DNA from: Paraspadella gotoi
Taxonomy: Eukaryota; Animalia; Chaetognatha
Assembly: GCA_051294375.1 (NCBI GenBank)
Contig: CM119266.1
Location: 20,872,780-20,936,779, forward strand
Direction of reading: 5' to 3'
DNA length: 64,000 bases
Both the position numbers and the translations under genes were made by a program. The notes beneath the pieces are model-generated. The model had not been told where the DNA came from and did not search any database. It was given only the letters and a program-made list of their open reading frames with translations. Shown here piece after piece: positions 11,701 to 28,420 of the stretch; positions within the stretch are counted from its first letter, which is position 1, and the number at the start of each line of letters is the position of its first letter.

Positions 11701-13471
11701 ACGAAGTTTATGTCAAAAGGATCGAAGGAGTCCCGCGCCAACGTCGACGCCACCGACGGAAATCCGGCGTCGGAATGGAGCGACCGGAAGTCGTGGAGCA
11801 GCGGTGGTGGAGTGCAGGAGCTGGGAAGAACCATGGTGGAGCAGGATGGCGAGGATTCGAAAGAGATTGTTGTTGTTGTTGTCGTCGAATTCAGCGGCGA
11901 CGAATTTTGCTTCGAATAGAAAAATCTTCCTTCCGACGAAATCCGTTCTATGGTTTCTGCCTCTCGATGATTTTCCGTCGTCGTCGTCGTCGTCGTCTTT
12001 ATATTCGTCGTCGTCGTCCCTTCGAGCGAGACGTTTTCGCGATGAGAAACTCGCGCGTTCGTCGTCGTTGTGGTCGTCGTCGTCGTCGTCGTCGCGTTTC
12101 CCCCGCGGAAGGAGTTAAGATGATTGTTTTTCTTGGTCGCGGCCGTCGTCGTCTGTCTCGTCGTCGCTTTCGTCGTCGTCAACGCTTCGTCGTCCTCATT
12201 GTCGTCGTCGTCTTCGTCTCCAGGAAGCGAAGAACGGGCGCTGTCACCGGAAGTCAAAGCGAAAGGGCGCGGGAGAGTGGCGTGCGTGGAAAGACGAGGG
12301 CGAGGAGCGCGAAATGTTGGAGAGGGTGAGTTGATGAGAGATGAAGAATTGGGTCGGGGTGAGATCGTCACGAAGTCGCGTTGCGGTCGGTTAGGATGTG
12401 GCGGTCGGTAAGGATGTGGCGGACGGGAGGACAAAGGCGCGGGGTTGTAAGACAGGCGTGACAAGGGAACGGGCTCGGGAGTGTTGGAGAGGTGAGACAA
12501 AGGAGGCAAAGTGTCGAAAGTCGCCAAGAAATTATCGCTGTCATCCTCGAGGATTTTCATCTTTCTATTTTCTCTTCTTGACATTTCCAAGTTTCTTTCC
12601 CATTTTCGCCATAAATTGATTCAGTTGAAAATAAAATCATACTCTCTTCGTCCCTAATTGTTCTCTCATTTTCGGCGATCCCTCTCTCTTCTTCTCCAAT
12701 TGTTCTCTCTTTTTCCTCGAACGAATTCATTCTTTTCTTCGCTTCGATTCTTTTCTTTTCTGTTTTTTCTTCCAAAATCTTTTGTTCGTTTTTTCCCGTC
12801 AAGTTGTCGTCGTCGTCGTCGTGTTTGTGGTTATTGTTGTTTTTGTCTTCGTCATCATCATCGTCATCGTCTTCTTTTTCTTCGTCTTCGTCATCAAAAT
12901 CTGGCAGGAATTTCAATTTCGCGTCGCGCTCTTCTGTAAAGCGAGTGGCAAAGCGAAGGGGATTGTCAACGTTGCCATTGCCGCATGCTGGAAGGATGGC
13001 ATCGGCGCGGCGATCGGGGCCGGGAGCACGAGCGGCTTCGAAAAAACCGGCGTGGTTCGAAAAGACGCCGTCGTTCGTCTCTCTCGTCCGACGAAGGAAT
13101 TCAGGCATCTGAAAGTTTTGGACGAAAGCGTCGAGAAGAGACGCGGGCGAAGGAGTTGAGGATGAGGAGGAAGATGAGGAGTTGGAAGTTGAGAAGATCG
13201 AGGAGTTGAAAGGATGAGAAGATGAGGAGATGAGACGAGAAGAGGTTGAGAAAGGATTACATCCCCGCGCGCGTGGATGAGGCGATAACGCTCTCTCGTC
13301 GCCGCGAGGGGTCGGCGACTGCGGGGCGGAGACGAGATTAGTTCCGCGGTGATGATGATGATGCTGACGATGATGATGATGATGAAGATGACGATGATGT
13401 TGGTGAGGTTGTTCCTGGCGGCGGGGGGCGATGCTCCTCGCTCCGTCGGGGTTCGACTCTCTCTCCGTCAT
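1..13471 (-). CDS. TET: TET-family (Ten-eleven translocation) dioxygenase-like protein, highly diverged, probably catalytically inactive; >2800 aa, 3' end beyond window
   Basis: Two large coding exons: 13471..8963 (ATG of MTERESN; frame break near 12557-12620) and 3898..<1. The second exon appears open to the window edge: spot-translated, and the ORF track lists no stop-terminated ORF in that frame. The GT donor at 8962-8961 and CAG acceptor at 3901-3899 are both phase 1 and join EEKLERVFNTMADSVASV-LRTFVPDAYRRQVFLSRSAPSCAIGTTFGRPFASVTC, which matches TET2 [56 protein letters not shown]. Other collinear TET blocks: CNC (9726-9734), LGHGADIPAVRRMLSER, ESLLALVATHSDHVCEFRHTVVAVCVWDGVPRNLAD, TFGC (9147-9158) and GVSLLLTHGSVLFQ (3150-3191). 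Confidence 0.88.
4055..4330 (+). mobile_element. Copy of a short interspersed repeat family (family A), in the TET-like intron
   Basis: Shares ataccacttcat..gggaa.ccagg..ctctgggagt.aataa..gtgagagag..gtgatggagg..agcctgtccaaa with the other copies; 4055-4200 is the reverse complement of ~33430-33550. Confidence 0.7.
4376..4490. repeat. Minisatellite, unit approx. ccaccagcgccaccaccaa
   Basis: About five degenerate tandem copies visible directly. Confidence 0.8.
5762..6286. other. Two assembly gaps (N runs 5762-5950 and 6069-6286); further gaps at 7838-8005, 22953-23196 and 28064-28088
   Basis: Runs of n in the sequence. Confidence 0.98.
6400..6800 (-). mobile_element. Helentron-associated non-autonomous element (HINE/DINE-1-like)
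   Basis: The minus strand starts TTTTTAGTTGCG, then a short palindrome (CGAGTACTCG), CTATAAG and a (GTCY/GTCG)n microsatellite (6698-6750), with an internal (gacat)n tandem at 6451-6525. This is the layout described for HINE/DINE-1 elements. The far boundary is uncertain. Confidence 0.55.
10305..10604 (-). repeat. Coding 30-bp tandem repeat (~10 copies, PF[HN]SSSTSTL) in the TET-like N-terminal region
   Basis: Unit gtcgaggtggagctggagttgaaagggaga, repeated in frame. Confidence 0.9.
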
Positions 13472-14724
13472 AGTTTTTTTTTGTTTTGATTTTTCCTCTT
13501 GTTTATTCTCCTTAACTTTCATTACGACAAGAAGGAACAGTTGTTTACTTTGTTGCGGAGAAACGAGTTCATTCTTTCGATTTTCAGGACGAAAAGTAAA
13601 AAAAATATTTATATATATTTTTAGAATTCTTCACTTGGTTTAATGTTTTTTTCTTTTTTTTAAATATTTTTTTTTCTAAATCCGCCAAAGTCGACGCGCC
13701 GTTGTTTAATTTTCCCTTCGATTATCAGGGAGCGAGATTAGACTCTTGTTTACCTAAAAAGGAAAGGGGAGGGGGGCGGAATGGGGGGGAAGTTCAGAAA
13801 AAGTAAAAGGGTTTTAAAAGGACGGCACGATTTTTAATCCGCCATCAATGGAAAGGAAGAAAAAAAATATTAGTTTTCCCTTTCAATTCTTTTGTTTTCT
13901 TTTTTTTTTTTTTTTAATTTTCGCTCTTCAAACACAAGAGGCGAAAATAAAAACCTTTAGTTTTTTTTCTTCCCTAAAACAAAGTGAAAAACCCTCGCGC
14001 CTTCTGTTGCTTTTGTTGGTTTTTTTTTTTCGATGAACAAAATAATAACCGAATGGCGACGATATAACTTGTCCAAAAAAAATACACTTGTTAAAAAACT
14101 GAGATATTTTTTCATTGTTTTTTTTTTTTTTTTTGTCGTTTCGTTCGACGGATGATTCATCGATTTTTGGGTCACGTGACGTAAAAAAAATAAGTTTTCC
14201 TCTTCGAGTCGAACGATGGGAGTGAAAAAAGGCTGTGGCCTCGAGAGCGGATCGGGAGTGGACTAGAGTCGGTGTGAAAGTAAAAGCAAAGAGGATCGTG
14301 GGTGACGAATATCTATTTTTTTAAAAAAAAGAATAAGTTGTGGATGGCGCGAAAGCGACATCCTGTTTTTTTTGGAAGGAAAATCGAAGATAATGTAAAA
14401 TTAAAAAAAGAAAGAAAAAAAAATCGAAGCGAAAAGAGAAAACATCAAGAAGAAATCGTTTCAAGGTCGAACACGGATAGAGACAGAGATATAGAGAGAG
14501 AGAGAGAGTTTTCGGTCCAACGAATTCGAGTTGTGACCGGCGAGTCATTTTAGGGTATCTCGTATCGGGGTATCGATAGCTTCGACCCAGACTTGAGGGG
14601 GGAAAAACACGATGACGAGAGAAGAAGACGATGTTGACAAGACGACACGACGACGAAAAACAAGATCGACGATGATGGCGACGAATGAAACGACGACGAC
14701 GACGAAAAATTTAAACGATTGGCC

Positions 14725-14761
<37 letters not shown>

Positions 14762-14766
14762 AAGAG

Positions 14767-14820
<54 letters not shown>

Positions 14821-15737
14821 ACGTGATTGCCGGACAGAGGCGAGTTGGAAGCCTAAACGAGGAGAAAAAAACATCAACCGCCAAACAAACGTTAGACAAA
14901 ACAACGACAACTCACATTCCTGTTTCGGCAACAGTGAAACTCACGAAATCTATCAAAACATGGAAAATGATAACAATTAATTAATCTAATTGTCTTTTTG
15001 ATAGTTTTCAGTGATTTTGGGGAGAAACCTTATTCCCTTTTTGACTTTCACAAGACTCGCATCACGCTCCTCCTCTTCACCTCCGATCGAAATCCAGATT
15101 TCACAAGACGCCTCGAAATCACGTGACCCGACGAGACCACGTGACCTCTGAGAGAGTGATTCGGAACAAAAGTCACCAGAAATCACGAGATCCCGTTAAC
15201 AACGGAACTGTGCTATGGAGAAAGGATTCTGACAGTAAATGCATAATGAATGACCGGAGCCGCGGTGGCGATGGCGGCGATGGCGGCGGCGGCGGCGGCG
15301 GCGACGAATCCGTGCGAGCGAAGGGAAAGTAAGAGTTATGACCATGAGTTGGATTCCAATTGGCGAGCGATTCAATGAAAACGAATGAAAGGGAAGCCGC
15401 AGCCGCCGCCACCGCAGCCGCAAACGGCGCCGCCTTCTCAGGCTTTACTTTTTAAAGGAGGTCATTGTTTCGGTTTCAATAAAACGGGTGAGGCGAGTGA
15501 GAGAGGAAAAGAGGATAAGAGGTGAGTTAAGATACCCAAACGATACCCTACCCTCAGACAGCTGCACTCTTCCAAAGAGTTTCACTGACCCGTTTATTCC
15601 CTATACGAGATCCACAATTTCTTTTATCCCTAATCAACTTAGTCCTCTCTTTTCTCCATCATCTTTAGTTCAGCATTCTCCATCGTTTTATTTTCTCCAT
15701 CCAATTCGGCTAAACTTTTCTCTTCTCTCCATCCTCC

Positions 15738-16092
15738 TCATTTTGGCCTTATTTTCCCAGAGCGGCCCATTTTATCTTAAATTTTGAATCAAATTAGTTT
15801 TTAGGTTTAAAAATTAGGTTAAAAGTTAAGATATAAATTAGGTAAGTGATTATTTAAAGTAATTAGTGTTAAGTATTATTTTAGTGATTAGGGTTAGGTA
15901 TTAATATTTAGGGTTTAGGGTTTAAGATAAAGGATTATGGTCTAGGGTTAAGGTTAAGGATTAGATTAAGGCTGAAGATTATGGTTAGGAATTGAGTTTA
16001 AGGTTTTATTAAAAATTTATTTATAAATTTTAGATTAAAACTAAAATAAGGTTCAAAGAAACAGAAATGAGGGCTTTTGGATAAGAGAGCCC
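15738..16092 (+). repeat. Interspersed repeat family B with a degenerate TTAGGG-like interior
   Basis: Starts ttttggccttattttcccaga..ggccca, as does the copy at ~61378-61620. Both continue into a degenerate ttaggg/ttaagg tract. Confidence 0.6.
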
Positions 16093-17472
16093 TTTCTTTC
16101 CCCCTGCGGCGTCAACCACCGTTTTTTTCTTTGTCATGCAAAATTTAACAACGACTTCAATAAAACGCCGAAAAGGCATAACTTTTTAATTTCAATCCGA
16201 TTTGGATTAAAACGAGATTTTTTTTTTTGGCGGCGAATAGAAAAGAACCGTGTTCTGGATTTGTATTCGCTGGTAATTTTGGTATAATTATGTTATATTT
16301 TAGTTTTTGATGTTGTTGTTGTTTTTTGTTTTGTTTTTATTTTTTAGATGGAAAACAAATTTTACATTACCCCGTAGAATGTGGGAAAACGAGGGAAATA
16401 ATAAGTCGTAAAAATGTTGGGTTCTTTTTTTCAAAGTCCAAAGAAGCCTTTTGTTTGCGCGCAGACCGAATCGTGAGTCACCAATGAGATTCGAAGGGAA
16501 GTTGAATTCTGGCGATGACAAAAAAAAAAAAAAAAAAAGAAGAAAAAAGAAAAGAGAAGAAAAAGAAGAAAATAGGGTAGAGACGAGTCTTAAAAATAAA
16601 TCTGAATCTGAATGTGAATGTGAATCTGAATCTGAATCAATTTGAATCACGTTATCATCGCCGTCGAAAAATCATTGCAGTCAACGAATCAATGGGCGAC
16701 AGAGATATCATCTCCGGAGGTGACAATCCGAGACAGAGACAGAGACAGAGACGATTCTTTTTTTGAATTTGAAATTTGTGAATGAGATGAAAAGGTTCAT
16801 CTTGTTTGAGAATTGAGATTTCTTTCGTTCAAATATTCTTTTCGGAATGTGACGATATTGCAACGGATTGCATTCAATGTGCTCATTTTAATTTTCTTAA
16901 CTTTTCTTTTTTGACAAGAGCCGCAGAAGTAAGATGATCCACGTCTCGTTGATGAGATAGACTCACGTCTTTGATGTTTCCACAGACGTCAGAATGTCTA
17001 GAAGTGACGATCGGATTAACATATGCAATTATGCATTGTAGGACATGCTAATTTCACATCAGCGGACAATTTTGATAATGATAATACTAAGATTAAGCGA
17101 TTTAAAAATAAGATTCGATTTAAATTGCGTCACAGCGCTTATTCTCAAAGTCGAAGGCGCGAAATAAAAAAAAATATATATCCATGAATGCGTTTTATGT
17201 ATGAAGGCGACGGGAGCGTCAATCCGGTTTTTGGTTTTTAATCTCATTTGCATATAAGGAAGAGCGTCTCCTCGACATTCGTCGTCGTCGGCGTTTTTTT
17301 CGCTAGAACTTGGTCGCTATGTTGGTTGTCAGTTTTGTGAACGTCTTCATCGTCGTCTTCGTCGTCGTTTTATTCGTCATTGTCGTCGTCTTCGTTGTCT
17401 TGCGATCAATTCCAACTGATCTGAAAACTTAAACGTAGATTAGAAATTCCGCGAAAAGAATCGAGCGTCGAG

Positions 17473-17513
<41 letters not shown>

Positions 17514-17526
17514 AAAGCGGATTCGA

Positions 17527-17613
<87 letters not shown>

Positions 17614-18229
17614 GATTCGAGGGTGTGAGAGAGAGAGAAAGCGAGGAGAGAGAGGCTATTGTTGTCGTTAGCCTATCTCGATTCCAAGGTGGCGGATGAT
17701 CCGAGCTTTTAAGGATGAAGTCGATTCGAATTTAATCCTATCAATTATAATTAGAATTTTTACTGAACGTATAATTGATAAGTTTTTAATTAAAAAAATG
17801 TTATTGTCAGATTATAATTTAGATTTACGCAGATTTGACCTTCATTTGACCTTCGTTTCACGTCCGACTGACAAATCTTGATTTTCTGCAAGAATTCTCG
17901 TTAATTCGTAGGTCATAAAAGCTGACTTCCGGATTCTGTTTGGTCATTCCATCTTTATCGTCCAATCCCCAGAACCTCTACGCTGGGATTTGGCGATTCT
18001 TTATCCACCCAGTCTCGGAGTCTCATTTCACATCCCCTCCTCTACACAGCTCCCGAAGGGCTCCTGAGTCCTGACCCAGACGGACCAGATGTAGCCTCGG
18101 TTGAGCTGTTATCTCCGACGCCCGAATCGCCATTGAAAATCGAGTTGACTACGAAATTCGATACACTGATAATTGATGCACTAGTCTTGACTTGCACGTG
18201 TTTACGGTTCACGATCATATTCAACTGAA

Positions 18230-18392
18230 AGTGAATAAACGAGACTGTGAGAGAGGCTGGTTCCTGTTATGTTAATATATTAGAAGCCTTAAACCACCAT
18301 ACCCTGTCCAAAGTCAGGGACAAAATAGCTCAACATCAGCTTATTTATTAAATGAATGGATACTTTATATATTGGTTTTACCAATTTCATTA
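18230..18392 (+). mobile_element. Family A repeat copy
   Basis: gtgaataaacgagactgtgagagag..gccttaaaccaccat..ctgtccaaagtcaggg..ttattaaatgaatgga..tatattggtt. Confidence 0.7.
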
Positions 18393-18554
18393 AGTCATGT
18401 GAAAAAAAATTGAGAAACACATTATTTTAAAAGAAAAAAAATAATAGTTGAATTTTTTTCATTATTTTTCATGTTTTTATTAAAATCGGACGATGTCTGT
18501 CATTCATTCTGTTTTTGACTTTGTTGCCATTTTTGTCAAGGTCTCGTCATGTTT

Positions 18555-18588
<34 letters not shown>

Positions 18589-19081
18589 AAGAGGGTGGAC
18601 GGGATAGAGAGAGAGATGGAGAGAATGAGAAAAAAGAGACAAAAGAGGTTTAACAGTTTCGAACAGAAAGATACTCAAATTCAAAACGATAAAGTTTCAT
18701 TTAGTTTTCTTTTTTGTGTCCTTCAACCAAATATTTCTAGGTCAACGTTTTTTTTTTCATTTCCGGATCAGGATTTTCATTTCGACTGACGTTTAAAAAA
18801 TGTCGACGAACGCTGGAATGAATTCCAGTAAAATATGCGAATTTAAAATTTAAAACTTTAAAATACTGACGATTAATTTTGGCGAAGAGAAAGTCGCGAA
18901 GGCGGCGATTCGAAACCTCCGGAAACATTTAAATATATATAAATTTTATATATATTTATTATGCGTCGTTCCCTTTTGTTTGTTTGAAGTTTTTTATTTG
19001 TTTATTTCCGCGTCAGTTATTTTTGTTTTTCTGTGTGTAGAGATTCACTCGTTTGTCTTTTTTTCCTTCGATTGACTTCGA

Positions 19082-19117
<36 letters not shown>

Positions 19118-19246
19118 AAAAAAATGAAAAGAAACGAAGGACGAAAATGGAGAATCGTTGAAGGTGAAGTCTAAAAGCAAACAAGAGAAGCCAAAGTGGA
19201 TTTTGCTGGATGGAAGAAGCGGGGGGACAACAAAAAAAGAAACAAA

Positions 19247-19313
<67 letters not shown>

Positions 19314-20522
19314 GAAAGATCAAGGAAAAATAGAAAAGGAAGTAAGAAAGAAAGAAAGAAAGAAAAAAAAATAAACAAAAAACAGAAGTAGAAAGAAAGA
19401 AAAACATTCGACAACAAAGAAATTAAGAAAACGGAAGAAAAAATCCAGAAAAGGAAAAAAAATAAAGGAAAGAAACTCGATATCGGAAAGAGTCAACGAC
19501 TTGAGTCTCGCGGGGGAGACACCTCGATATTAAAGGCTTTAAGGGGTCGTCAGATTTGGGGGGTGAAAGGGGAGAAGAGGGAGGGAGGGAGGGAGAGTGG
19601 TGAGAGAGAAAGAGAGAGAGAGTGATAGATGGAGAGAGAAAGAGAGAGAGTGAGAGAGAGACAGAGAGAAATGAGAGACAGAAGGAATGTTGGGAACTGT
19701 GTGTGGACAGAGCCTTGAGCAGGATATGCAAGAAGCCATGTCAAATTTTCGTTGAAGGGAGAAAAAATGAATTTTTTAAGCTTTTTTTTTAAATTTAAAG
19801 AATAAAGACGCCGTTTCCAGAACCCAGATCTTGGCAACAACAAAAACGACAATAATAACGACGATTAGAAGAAAACCCATACCCGAGACGCCCTAATCTT
19901 TCATTTCTATTCTTAGTTTCGGGATTGGGCCACCAGTGGCGCGATTGTTGGCCCTCCGTGTCGAAGGTCGAATGATCTTTTGTTCCAAATCATTCCTAGA
20001 TTAATTTGAGGTCAAATTTCTGGGTCAGGGACGAGGCCTCAATCTCGCCCGGCGTCCGCATTCGAACGTCTGACCCTCACCCTTTCTAAAATCGGTCCCC
20101 CTTTGTCCACTTTTCATCGCCCCTTCCCAAGACCAACCCCTACTTGTCCCCTACCCTTTCCTGTCCGGATTTTTCAATCAAACGAAAAGGCTAATCGCAT
20201 TATTATCCCTCCTCCGATCAAACAAAAGCTTGCTTCCCTATTTATTGGTCAGAAATACGATCTTTAAATGTGAATAATTATTCTGGTTTTCTCTTTTGGT
20301 GATGCGAGACAATTTTCTTATCTCTTTTAAGCCCATTAAGATTTATATCTGGAAAGTTATAACTTATAACGTTTGGTTAAAAAAATTTTAATAATCATTT
20401 TGCTTACTTATTGGCAAGCTGCATCGGAAACGTGATCGTCGTTTTTCCTGATCACCTCACCCATCCCAACTTTCTCTTGAATAAACTTTGCTCAGCTGTC
20501 GACAGAAAGAAGGATGGAAAGC

Positions 20523-20558
<36 letters not shown>

Positions 20559-20916
20559 GAGAACAGTTTCACCTCGGGGTATTTCTCAGCTTTGTTCCGA
20601 AGGAAAAAAAAGATAAAGAAAATAATATAAATAGTAGAAATAATAACCTTGGCGTCGATCAAGCATTTTCACTAACTAATTAGTAAGTACGTGTTTTTGT
20701 AACCATTAATCAATTAATAATTAGTTATTGTAATAAAATTAGCTTTTTTAATAAAGAAAACGAGCGTGAGATAATAAAGAGGTAAAACTTAATTATTTTT
20801 TTAAAAGTTTTGGTATTTCGCGTCTGTCTATCACCTTTTATACTGTTTTAGATAAAAATCGCGAAAAAAATAAATGAAAGAAACTCGTCGAACTTCAAAA
20901 AATGTCCCGCTTCTCG

Positions 20917-21034
<118 letters not shown>

Positions 21035-21332
21035 GCTCTCTCTCTCATCGTACTAGAGACAGTTAGTGAGGGACCATTTCGCCGCCGCCAGCCTCGTGGC
21101 ATTTCTAAGTAGATCACGATTAGAAAGAAAAGAAAAATAGAAAAAATAAGAACAAAAAAGGAAAAAAAAATTTTCTCGAGAAGATGGAAAGAAGAGATTG
21201 TTTAAAAAAAGAAAAGAAAGAAGAACTGTGAAACTAAAAAAAAATGCTCGAACGAGTAAAAATTTCACAATGCGGGTGAGTAAACGTCAAGGAAGATGAT
21301 TTAGGTTTCGACGGCGTTGACGGACCTTTTAC

Positions 21333-24612
<3,280 letters not shown>

Positions 24613-24628
24613 AAGAGAGAGAAGAGAT

Positions 24629-26061
24629 GGAGTTTGACGAAGTTTTGACGGCGAATAGGGCCAGTAGGTTTTTTTTTTTTGACAGAGATGGCGTTTTAAA
24701 GAGTGCAGGAAAAAACAGCGAGAAAATTCGATAAGGAGGGGAATGTGAGAAAACGAAGGTATTATATATGCGTTTTATTTCGAATTCAACATGGTTAATT
24801 CAATACAAACAATAACAGCAAGCAAGATTTCGTCTATTGTCAAAAACAATAGAACATGTAGGCTGAAATTTAGATTATACAGTGGAGAAGAGAATTCTCC
24901 CTTTGAGGATAACATTTTTTAACTTGTAAATCTAAGAAATAAAGTTTTCTATACGCGGGTTTTACAATGTAAAAATATTTGGTACCAAAGATACTTTCTC
25001 ATCTGTACTCGAGAAAAGAGTATTATACTGTTATTTTCTAACATAAAGTACCAACGAAAAAACAAAAAAAAAACAAAAAAACAGCGAAAAAAAGAGAAAT
25101 ATTTCGAAAAAAAGAAATCGTTCCGTGATCCAAGAGTCAGAGATGAACGAATAATGAAAAGAAGAATTAGAGAAATTGGATCAAAGATTTATTATGAAGG
25201 AAGATCTTGAAACGTCGAGTTCGTGCGCGGAGGAACGACGACGACGACGACGACGACGAGGACGAAGAAAAAGGTCGAACCACAGAAGAATTCCAGTTGG
25301 GTTTTCGGGACGAGGTTCCTCTAATCGACAATCGGGAAAAACGAGATTTGAGAAAGATTTAGTTTGTTTATAAATTAATTTGTACGTTTTTCATTATTAT
25401 TTCATACGTGTGACATATTCCTTAGTATTCTTTTTTGTTATATATTGGTTTTTTTTTGTTTCCAAAATTAAAAATTATTTTTTAACCTAAACTAACAATT
25501 TTTGAATCGAATTCGCGACAACGAAACTAATCTTCGTTTTATCTATTGATTGAGTCAACCCCAAAAAATGCGGAAAACGAACATTTATTTTGTCTTTCGC
25601 GGTTTTGCCACGAATGGCAAATGTCATCAGAGTCATTGATTGACGATCGTCTCCTCGGTCAATCACGTGACTCAAGCAGAGGCGCCACTCGTATCCCTCC
25701 AAATAAAACCGTCGACGAATCACATACGTAGAGTCAATTCAAAAGTTTGTAAAACTGAATAATGTCAAATGTCTTATTACATTTTTGTGTTCGTTTTGTC
25801 AGTTAAATAATAATGATAATATTTTTAAAATGTTTATATGATGTTATATATTTTAATAAGATCTATAAACTCAATTCTAGATATTTGATGAATCTACAGA
25901 ACAAGACAGAATTCTTGAGAAAGTCCCAAAAAGTTGGTGCCTCATACCTCATCCCTCTTTCGCGGCCAAAACCCGTCGAGCGAATATTGGACGACAATAA
26001 AAGTCCAAAACTCATGTATTTCCATATTTTCCAGAATTTTTTATTTTCAGTTCTTATCTCT

Positions 26062-26093
<32 letters not shown>

Positions 26094-26329
26094 CTCTCTT
26101 CTTTTCTCTCTCTCTCTCTCTCTACAAAGACGGAATTCAATCGATGTCCTGACGCGCGATAACCTCGACCTCTCGCGAGAAGAAAAGAAGGAAAAAAGAA
26201 AACAAAGGAAAAGAATAAAAGGAGGAAAAAAGGAAAAGGAGAGAGGCGCCTTGTCTTCCCGACTCACGCTTATGTCAGGCGAGGTTTAGAACAGTGTAAA
26301 TGCAAGGCTGAACAGGGTTAACACTCTCC

Positions 26330-26406
<77 letters not shown>

Positions 26407-26856
26407 AGAAGAGAGAGAGAAGAGAGAGAAGAGAGAGTGGCGTAGGGCAGCCGAGAAGAAAAAAACCCGCGGCAGCCGAATTTGTCACTTGTCTCACCGA
26501 GCGATTGAGTCTAGGACAAAAAAAAAGTAGGTGAGAAAGACAAGGAGAGATTCTTTGTCCTTGTCTCATTCGTCTCACTTTGTCTTTACTTTCCTCTTTA
26601 GTTTCTTCTCTTTTATTTTAAAACTAATTTCGTTCTTCCTTATATCTTTTTTTTCTTTTTCCAATTTCCCCCACCTTTTTTTTCCTCTTAACCTAAATAA
26701 GGCGACGGGGATTCTCGTCTTTACCGACAATTTTCCTTTTTTTTCAGGTCAGATTCTCTTCCTTTTCATTTCCTTCTTTTCTCTTGTCCTTCTTTTGCTG
26801 CTTCTTGAATTTTCTTTCTTTCTTCTTTCTTTCTCTTTCTTTCTCTTTCTTTCTTC

Positions 26857-26920
<64 letters not shown>

Positions 26921-27173
26921 TTTCTTTCTTTCTTTCCATTTTCTATAAATAACTCTATCTTTATTTTGTCGAATATTTTTTTTTTCCATTTCTCTAAATA
27001 TTTCTATTTTATTTCTTCAAACATTTGCTAATTTCATTTCCCCAAATGTTTTCATTTTCATTTCTTCACCGAATTGTCTCTCGTCTTTTCAGCGACGTCG
27101 AGTTTTGATGCGAAGCGACGGAGTTTTGATCGACCGCCCATCAAAGTTGATGGCGTTTATCTCTCCCGCCGCC

Positions 27174-27240
<67 letters not shown>

Positions 27241-27821
27241 CCGCCGCCCGCCGCCGCCGCCCCGCCGCAACCGCCACGGTTTCCAAAATTTCGCTTTCTT
27301 TACTTTCTTTGACGGCTTCTGTGTTTGAGAGTTAACCCATGTTATACCTTTGACTCTTGGATATTTAGTAGTAGTTGTCCGTTATTCATGGGTCAGTTAA
27401 AACTTTCTAATTTATTCTACATGAATTTAATTAACGAAAACATTGTTCTTCTTTTTTGAGGGACTTGAAACTGTCGACATTTTCAAGAAAACCGAAAAAG
27501 CCAAAAAAAGTCAGAAAAAGTCACAAATCGTGCATCAAGAAGAACAATTGTTCTTTCGGTTTTTCTTGAGCCACTGCCGATTGCCAACGTCACCCATGCT
27601 TCTTTCATCGTGTTTCGCGTCACTATACATGGACTTTAGCGTTTTTTAAATATGTAGAAATAAAGTTCGAAATTGCAAACTTAACGCTTAAATTTCTATA
27701 AATAAAAAATACCCAATTAGATATTACAGGTATTATAGATATAGATAATCATAGTAAAAATCTTTCACATCCCGAATGCCACAAATCCACAATCACATAT
27801 CCACCGTCTTCTCTTTCAGAC
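24629..27821 (+). repeat. ~3.2 kb direct tandem duplication, copy 2
   Basis: Near-identical to 21333-24612; most differences are single-base indels. Confidence 0.93.
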
Positions 27822-28209
27822 AGACCACTAAAAACCCCAACCACTCTCCAACTACCACCACCACCACCGCCCCCCCAGCCCCATCTCCCAGGCCCCGGCG
27901 GTTCCGGCCGTTTCCGGCCGGTTCCGGCTGGAGCGACGTATCGTTCCGCTCCAATCTTCTTCGCTGCCGGAAAAAACGGCGACAGGAGCCTCGAAAACTT
28001 GGGGCGCCGGAAATGGCGAGGAGCGTGGGGGAGGGACGGGGGGGAGGGAGGCAGTGGAACCCANNNNNNNNNNNNNNNNNNNNNNNNNGGGAGGGGGAGG
28101 GGTGGAAGAGGAATTGGGGACAAAAATGTCGGGGATCGGGGAGCGACAGGGAATGGAAGGGATTGTGGTTTTGAAGGAAGTTTCGAAAAGGAGAATTTGA
28201 AAACTTGTG

Positions 28210-28420
28210 GTGAAGTGGAGAGAGAATCTTGATTAAAAAGCTTGCAGGGTCTTGATAAGTGGAGATAGAGTCTTGATTAAAAAGCTTGCAAGGTCTTGAT
28301 AAGTTATTATCTTGTAAGATGAATGGTGGCCTTAACCAACCATAGCCAGGGGACAATGGATGAACATTGAATGAATTGGACAATGAATGAATAATTTTAT
28401 ATTGGTTGTTCCAACTTTAC
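28210..28420 (+). mobile_element. Family A repeat copy
   Basis: gagtcttgatt.aaagcttgca..ttatcttgtaaga..ggccttaaccaccatagcc..aatgaataattttatattggttg. Confidence 0.65.

Noticed and set aside
15880-16005. TTAGGG-like tract as a real telomere or chromosome fusion site
   Set aside because: It is highly degenerate and embedded in a dispersed repeat seen twice in the window.
17890-18230. Complex-sequence island with a 60-aa ORF next to a family A repeat
   Set aside because: No family motif and no compatible splice partners could be assigned.
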